A DNA stretch of 10,073 nt from positions 1 to 10,073 of the forward strand of contig CAYPLO010000049.1 in NCBI GenBank assembly GCA_964411615.1, read 5' to 3'. Origin of the DNA: an uncultured Aquificales bacterium. GTDB taxonomy: Bacteria; Thermosulfidibacterota; Thermosulfidibacteria; Thermosulfidibacterales; Thermosulfidibacteraceae. Position 1 is the first letter of the stretch. Each line of letters starts with the position of its first letter. Shown piece by piece: positions 6,300 through 10,073 of this stretch. Both the position numbers and the translations under genes were made by a program. Under the pieces are notes generated by a model. It was given only the letters and a program-made list of their open reading frames with translations, was not told the DNA's origin and made no database searches.

Positions 6300-7121
6300 A
6301 TGTACGCCCTCTTCTTCGCCCTGTGGTTCTCCAGCGTGGTGCTGACCATAGCCTTTCTGTCCGGTGCAACCTCCCTGGAGTGCTACAGGGAGACCACGGC
6401 CCTCTACGGCAGGATTAGGTACTACAGGGAGGCAAGGGCACTTCTGAGCGTTGTGGGAGGGCTGCTTAAGGAGAAGGCTGTGCACGTGGGAGAGACCTTC
6501 ACGCTGAAGGAGAAGGGGGAGAGCTGGAGCGTAACCCTGCACGATGCGGGCAGCGGAGTGAACCCCAACTCCCTGAAGGAGGAGCAGCTCAGGAGGCTCC
6601 TCAGGCTGTGCAGGGTTGAGACGGGGGCAGAGATGGACGCCCTCGTTGACGCCTTCATGGACTGGAGGGACCCCGACAGCAGGAGAAGGCTGAACGGAGC
6701 AGAGGCGGACTACTACCAGTCACTGCCGGTTCCCTACAAGCCCAGAAACGGACCCATACTGGACGTGAGGGAGATTGCGCTTATAAAGGGATTTAAGGGC
6801 GTTTACCCGTGCATATCCAGGCTGATGTCCACCTACGGCAGGGGGAAGATAGACGTAAACGACGCCGATAAAAAGACCCTTGAGGCCCTGGGGTTCACAG
6901 AAGAGGAGGCAGAGAGGGTGCTGGAGAGAAGGAGAGAAGGCCCCATAGAGAGCTGGGACCAGCTGAGGGAGGTGGTGCCGGAGGTGGACAGGATGGATGC
7001 GAGGGACCTGATCGGCCTTGAACCCTCAGGGGTGTACGAGGTGACGATGAAGAGGAATGGGAGAACGGTAGCAGTGTTCGTCTGGGACTCCCGCAAGGAC
7101 AGGGTACTGGAGTACAGGTGA
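6300..7121 (+). CDS. gspK: Type II secretion minor pseudopilin GspK
   Basis: N-terminal hydrophobic helix YALFFALW. GspK motifs DAFMDWRDPD, GAEADYYQSL..PYKPRNGP, EIALIKGF and KIDVNDA followed by an HhH-like segment. No basic prepilin leader. Confidence 0.87.
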   Translation: MYALFFALWFSSVVLTIAFLSGATSLECYRETTALYGRIRYYREARALLSVVGGLLKEKAVHVGETFTLKEKGESWSVTLHDAGSGVNPNSLKEEQLRRLLRLCRVETGAEMDALVDAFMDWRDPDSRRRLNGAEADYYQSLPVPYKPRNGPILDVREIALIKGFKGVYPCISRLMSTYGRGKIDVNDADKKTLEALGFTEEEAERVLERRREGPIESWDQLREVVPEVDRMDARDLIGLEPSGVYEVTMKRNGRTVAVFVWDSRKDRVLEYR

Positions 7122-8785
7122 TGCTGGGCATCTTCAGAAGGGGCAGGGAAGAGGTAAAGAGACACACCGTAGAGCCTGAGAGTATAGCGGAGTTCTGGGG
7201 GGTGAGCCGCAGGGACGCCGCACTCATCGGGGAGTGCTCGTCTCTGGAAGAGGCTGGAAGAAAGCTCCTCATGTCCGGGGCCATATCGGAAGAGGGGTAC
7301 CTGAAGAGGATGGGAGAGTTGTACGGCCTCCCCTTCGTGCTGCTGGAGGAGGACGAGGTGAACGGCTCCGCAGAGGTGGGAATAGACCCGCAGCTCATGA
7401 GAAGCAGGAGGGTGTTTCCCTTCAGGGTTGAGGACGGAGCCATCTGCCTCGCCATGGCCGATCCCAGAGACCTCTACACGGTGGAGCTGATATCCAGAAG
7501 CACGGGAAAGGAAGTGAAGGTGTTCATATCCACGGAGGAGCGGATAGAGTCCGCCATAAACCGGCTCTTCGGCGTAAACAGGGAGGGAACGGACATATCC
7601 CTGGACGAGAACGTGGAGTCCCTCATAGACATGGCCTCAGAGGCACCCGTCATAAGGCTGGTGAACATGCTCATCTCCAGGGCTGTGGAGATGGGGGCCA
7701 GCGACATACACATAGAGCCCTTTGAGGAAGGGGTGAGGGTCAGGTACAGGGTGGACGGGGTGTTGAGGGAGGTGGAGAACCTGCCCAGGTCCCTGCTGCC
7801 CGCAGTGGTATCCAGGGTGAAGATTATGGCACGACTGGACATAGCCAACAGGAGGGTGCCTCAGGACGGCAGGATAAAGACCAAGGTGGGGGGAAAGGAG
7901 ATAGACATCAGGGTGGCAACCCTCCCCACCATATACGGAGAGCAGGTGGTGATGAGGCTCCTGGACCAGGAGAGCGAGGACTGGGACGTTGACAGAATAG
8001 GCTTCTCCGAAGAGGACAAAAAGACCTTCTTAGAGCTCATATCCTCCTCCCACGGGATGATCCTGGTCACAGGGCCCACGGGTTCGGGAAAGACCACCAC
8101 CCTCTACTCGGCCCTGAAGGTGCTGAACAGGCCGGAGGTGAAGATAATCACCGTAGAGGATCCCGTAGAGTACGTGATACAGGGGGTGGTCCAGATACAG
8201 GTGAACCCGCAGGCAGGGCTCACCTTCGCATCGGGCCTGAGGTCCATAGTGAGGCAGGACCCCGATGTGATAATGGTGGGAGAGATAAGGGACAAGGAGA
8301 CGGCCGATATAGCCATACACGCAGCCCTCACCGGACACCTGGTGCTCTCCACACTCCACACAAACGACGCAGCAAGCGCTGCAACGAGACTGATAGACAT
8401 GGGGGTTGAAGGCTTCCTGGTGGCCTCGGCACTCATAGGGGTAGTGGCCCAGAGGCTCGTGAGGAAGGTGTGCCCAAACTGCAGGGAAGAGGTGAGGCTG
8501 CCCGAGGAGATGGCCCAGAAGTTCGGCATAGACGGGCCTGTGTACAGGGGCAGGGGATGCGACACATGCAGGGGTACGGGATACCTGGGAAGAACCGCCA
8601 TATACGAGATACTGGTTGTGGACGACAGGATAAGAAGGGCCATTGTGAGCTCGGCAGACTCCGAGGCCATAAAGCGCATGGCCCTTGAGAGGGGGATGAA
8701 GACCCTCCTGGAAAACGGGATTGAGAAGGTGAAAGAGGGCATAACCACCCTGGAAGAGGTGCTCAGGGTGGCCTACAGAGCCTGA
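7118..8785 (+). CDS. gspE: Type II secretion ATPase (GspE/PilB family)
   Basis: ASDIHIEP, RVPQDGR, Walker A GPTGSGKTTT, Asp box TVEDPVE, Walker B DPDVIMVGEIRD, His box TGHLVLSTLHTN, Zn motif CPNC...CDTC. The start is GTG 7118 or ATG 7121, overlapping the gspK stop. Called gspE rather than pilB from its gspG/gspK context. Confidence 0.93.
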   Translation: MMLGIFRRGREEVKRHTVEPESIAEFWGVSRRDAALIGECSSLEEAGRKLLMSGAISEEGYLKRMGELYGLPFVLLEEDEVNGSAEVGIDPQLMRSRRVFPFRVEDGAICLAMADPRDLYTVELISRSTGKEVKVFISTEERIESAINRLFGVNREGTDISLDENVESLIDMASEAPVIRLVNMLISRAVEMGASDIHIEPFEEGVRVRYRVDGVLREVENLPRSLLPAVVSRVKIMARLDIANRRVPQDGRIKTKVGGKEIDIRVATLPTIYGEQVVMRLLDQESEDWDVDRIGFSEEDKKTFLELISSSHGMILVTGPTGSGKTTTLYSALKVLNRPEVKIITVEDPVEYVIQGVVQIQVNPQAGLTFASGLRSIVRQDPDVIMVGEIRDKETADIAIHAALTGHLVLSTLHTNDAASAATRLIDMGVEGFLVASALIGVVAQRLVRKVCPNCREEVRLPEEMAQKFGIDGPVYRGRGCDTCRGTGYLGRTAIYEILVVDDRIRRAIVSSADSEAIKRMALERGMKTLLENGIEKVKEGITTLEEVLRVAYRA

Positions 8786-8787
8786 TC

Positions 8788-9912
8788 ATGCTGAAGCCCG
8801 CCGTTGAGATAAGAAACCTGTCAAAGATGTTCAAGATATACTCCAGACCCTCGGACAGGCTCAGGGAGCTCTTTGGCCTGGGCAAGAGGCACAGGGAGTT
8901 CTGGGCACTGAGGGATATAAACCTGAAGATAGAGAGGGGAGAGTCGGTGGGCATAGTTGGAATGAACGGCTCGGGCAAGAGCACCCTCCTCCAGATAATA
9001 GCGGGGGTCATGAAACCCACCAGGGGAGAGGTCAGGGTCAGGGGGAAAGTGGCAGCCCTGCTGGAGCTGGGCATAGGGTTCCACCCGGAGCTTACGGGCA
9101 GGGAGAACATCAGACTGGCGGCATCCCTCATGGGTATAGGACTGGACAAGGAAACGGAGGAGAAGGTGATAGAGTTCGCCGAGATAGGAGAGTTCATAGA
9201 CGCACCTGTGAAGACCTACTCCTCGGGAATGTTCGTGAGGCTGGCCTTCTCCCTGGCCGTGTGCGTGGACCCGGACATCCTGATTGTGGACGAAGCCCTG
9301 TCCGTGGGAGACATCTACTTCCAGAAGAAGAGCTTCGACAGGATACAGGAGTTCAAAAAGGCAGGTAAAACGATGATATTCTGCAGCCACAGCATGTACC
9401 AGGTAAGGCACCTCTGCAACAGGGCAGTATGGCTGGAAGGGGGAAAGGTGAGAATGGAGGGAGACGCTGACACGGTTACCAGAGAGTACGAATCCTGGAT
9501 AAGCTCTATGCAAAAAGGCGAAGGAGGGAGCAGAGAGCTGGGAATAGAGCTCAGGGAGTCCAGCAGCATAACTGCATTCACCGGGGAGGACTTCTCCGTA
9601 GACATAGAGGCATCCTTTCATGACAGGCCGTACCATGTGGGCGTGGGCATCCTGAGAAACGATAATACCTTCATCTACGGAACATCCACCCAGATAGACG
9701 GGCTTCCCCCTCTCAAACCGGGCGAGAGGGTGAGATTCGTCCTGGAAAGTCTCCCGCTAATGCCCGGAGAGTACAAGCTGGGCATATTTCTACTGGACGA
9801 CACAGGTAGCCTGCCGGCAAAGGAGGAATTGAAAACCCTGAAAGTCGTATGGAACACCCCAACAGAAGAGGTGGGATTCGTAAGACTCCAGCACAGGTGG
9901 GAAAAACTCTAA
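8788..9912 (+). CDS. wzt: Polysaccharide/glycan-export ABC transporter ATP-binding subunit (Wzt/RfbB/TagH family) with C-terminal Wzt_C-like domain
   Basis: FWALRDINL, Walker A GMNGSGKST, GFHPELTGRENI, signature PVKTYSSGM, Walker B ILIVDEALSVGD..FQKK, H-loop CSH, and a ~130-aa C-terminal beta domain (IYGTST...LPLMPGEYKL). Confidence 0.92.
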   Translation: MLKPAVEIRNLSKMFKIYSRPSDRLRELFGLGKRHREFWALRDINLKIERGESVGIVGMNGSGKSTLLQIIAGVMKPTRGEVRVRGKVAALLELGIGFHPELTGRENIRLAASLMGIGLDKETEEKVIEFAEIGEFIDAPVKTYSSGMFVRLAFSLAVCVDPDILIVDEALSVGDIYFQKKSFDRIQEFKKAGKTMIFCSHSMYQVRHLCNRAVWLEGGKVRMEGDADTVTREYESWISSMQKGEGGSRELGIELRESSSITAFTGEDFSVDIEASFHDRPYHVGVGILRNDNTFIYGTSTQIDGLPPLKPGERVRFVLESLPLMPGEYKLGIFLLDDTGSLPAKEELKTLKVVWNTPTEEVGFVRLQHRWEKL

Positions 9913-9924
9913 GAGCTCTAAGAG
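9907..9924. repeat. Tandem 9-bp direct repeat CTCTAAGAG x2 spanning the wzt stop codon
   Basis: Seen directly. Each unit is an interrupted palindrome (CTCT-A-AGAG). Confidence 0.8.
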
Positions 9925-9934
9925 GGGACCAGAG

Positions 9935-10073
9935 TTTTCCACAACCCCTGCAACATTGTGAAAAAAATCACGCGAAGTTACAGGTTCCTAGCCCAGCAAC
10001 TTTAAGAAAACTAGCAACATACAGGCAGCTGTAAGTTTCCACAGCCTATAGTTGTAGTTGTTGTTATTAAAAT
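9935..10073. other. Candidate chromosomal replication origin (oriC): DnaA boxes plus DnaA-trio-like unwinding element, truncated by window end
   Basis: TTTTCCACA at 9935-9943 (+) and TTTTTCACA at 9957-9965 (-) are both 9/9 matches to TTWTNCACA. GTTTCCACA at 10035-10043 is 8/9. It is followed by GCC-T, seven triplets with central T (10048-10068) and the start of an AT-rich tract. Confidence 0.68.

Noticed and set aside
6840..6990. ComEA-like helix-hairpin-helix suggesting a DNA-uptake protein
   Set aside because: This segment is a normal part of GspK-family proteins, and no competence genes are in the window.
5663..9636. Minus-strand ORFs over the gsp/wzt genes (e.g. 5663..6130, 6895..7455, 8104..8748, 8821..9636)
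   Set aside because: They are antisense shadows of well-conserved genes and have no independent motifs.
9849..10034. 61-aa plus-strand ORF and a weak AGGGG...CCCCT hairpin after wzt
   Set aside because: The ORF overlaps wzt and the DnaA boxes and has no recognisable features. The hairpin has a 5-bp stem and no U-tract, so no terminator is called.
1..10073. CRISPR arrays, tRNA/rRNA genes, IS elements or integrases
   Set aside because: None seen by eye. The window is almost fully occupied by the CDSs listed, and there are no spaced direct repeats or transposase motifs.

Overview
Bacterial cell-surface/secretion locus. The purine-rich coding strands and AGG/AGA-Arg and ATA-Ile codons suggest a thermophile (inference). 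The largest gene is missing from the ORF track because it runs off the window: a minus-strand secreted protein at <1..2241 (>747 aa; signal peptide, probable beta-propeller, at least 3 CARDB/Ig-like repeats). It is strongly enriched in N-X-T/S glycosylation sequons (35 by hand count). Next come a divergently transcribed S8 subtilase with no evident propeptide, a convergent secreted protein with a degenerate CAP/SCP-like domain, and a compact operon gspF-gspG-gspK-gspE-wzt (partial type II secretion system plus a polysaccharide-export ABC ATPase with no adjacent wzm). Both minus-strand secreted-protein genes are preceded by a near-identical sigma54-type promoter (TGGTAAARATTTTGCT). The last ~140 bp hold DnaA boxes and a DnaA-trio-like repeat, a candidate oriC. 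Working hypothesis: a sigma54-controlled, heavily N-glycosylated S-layer/adhesin with dedicated export and processing genes beside the replication origin.
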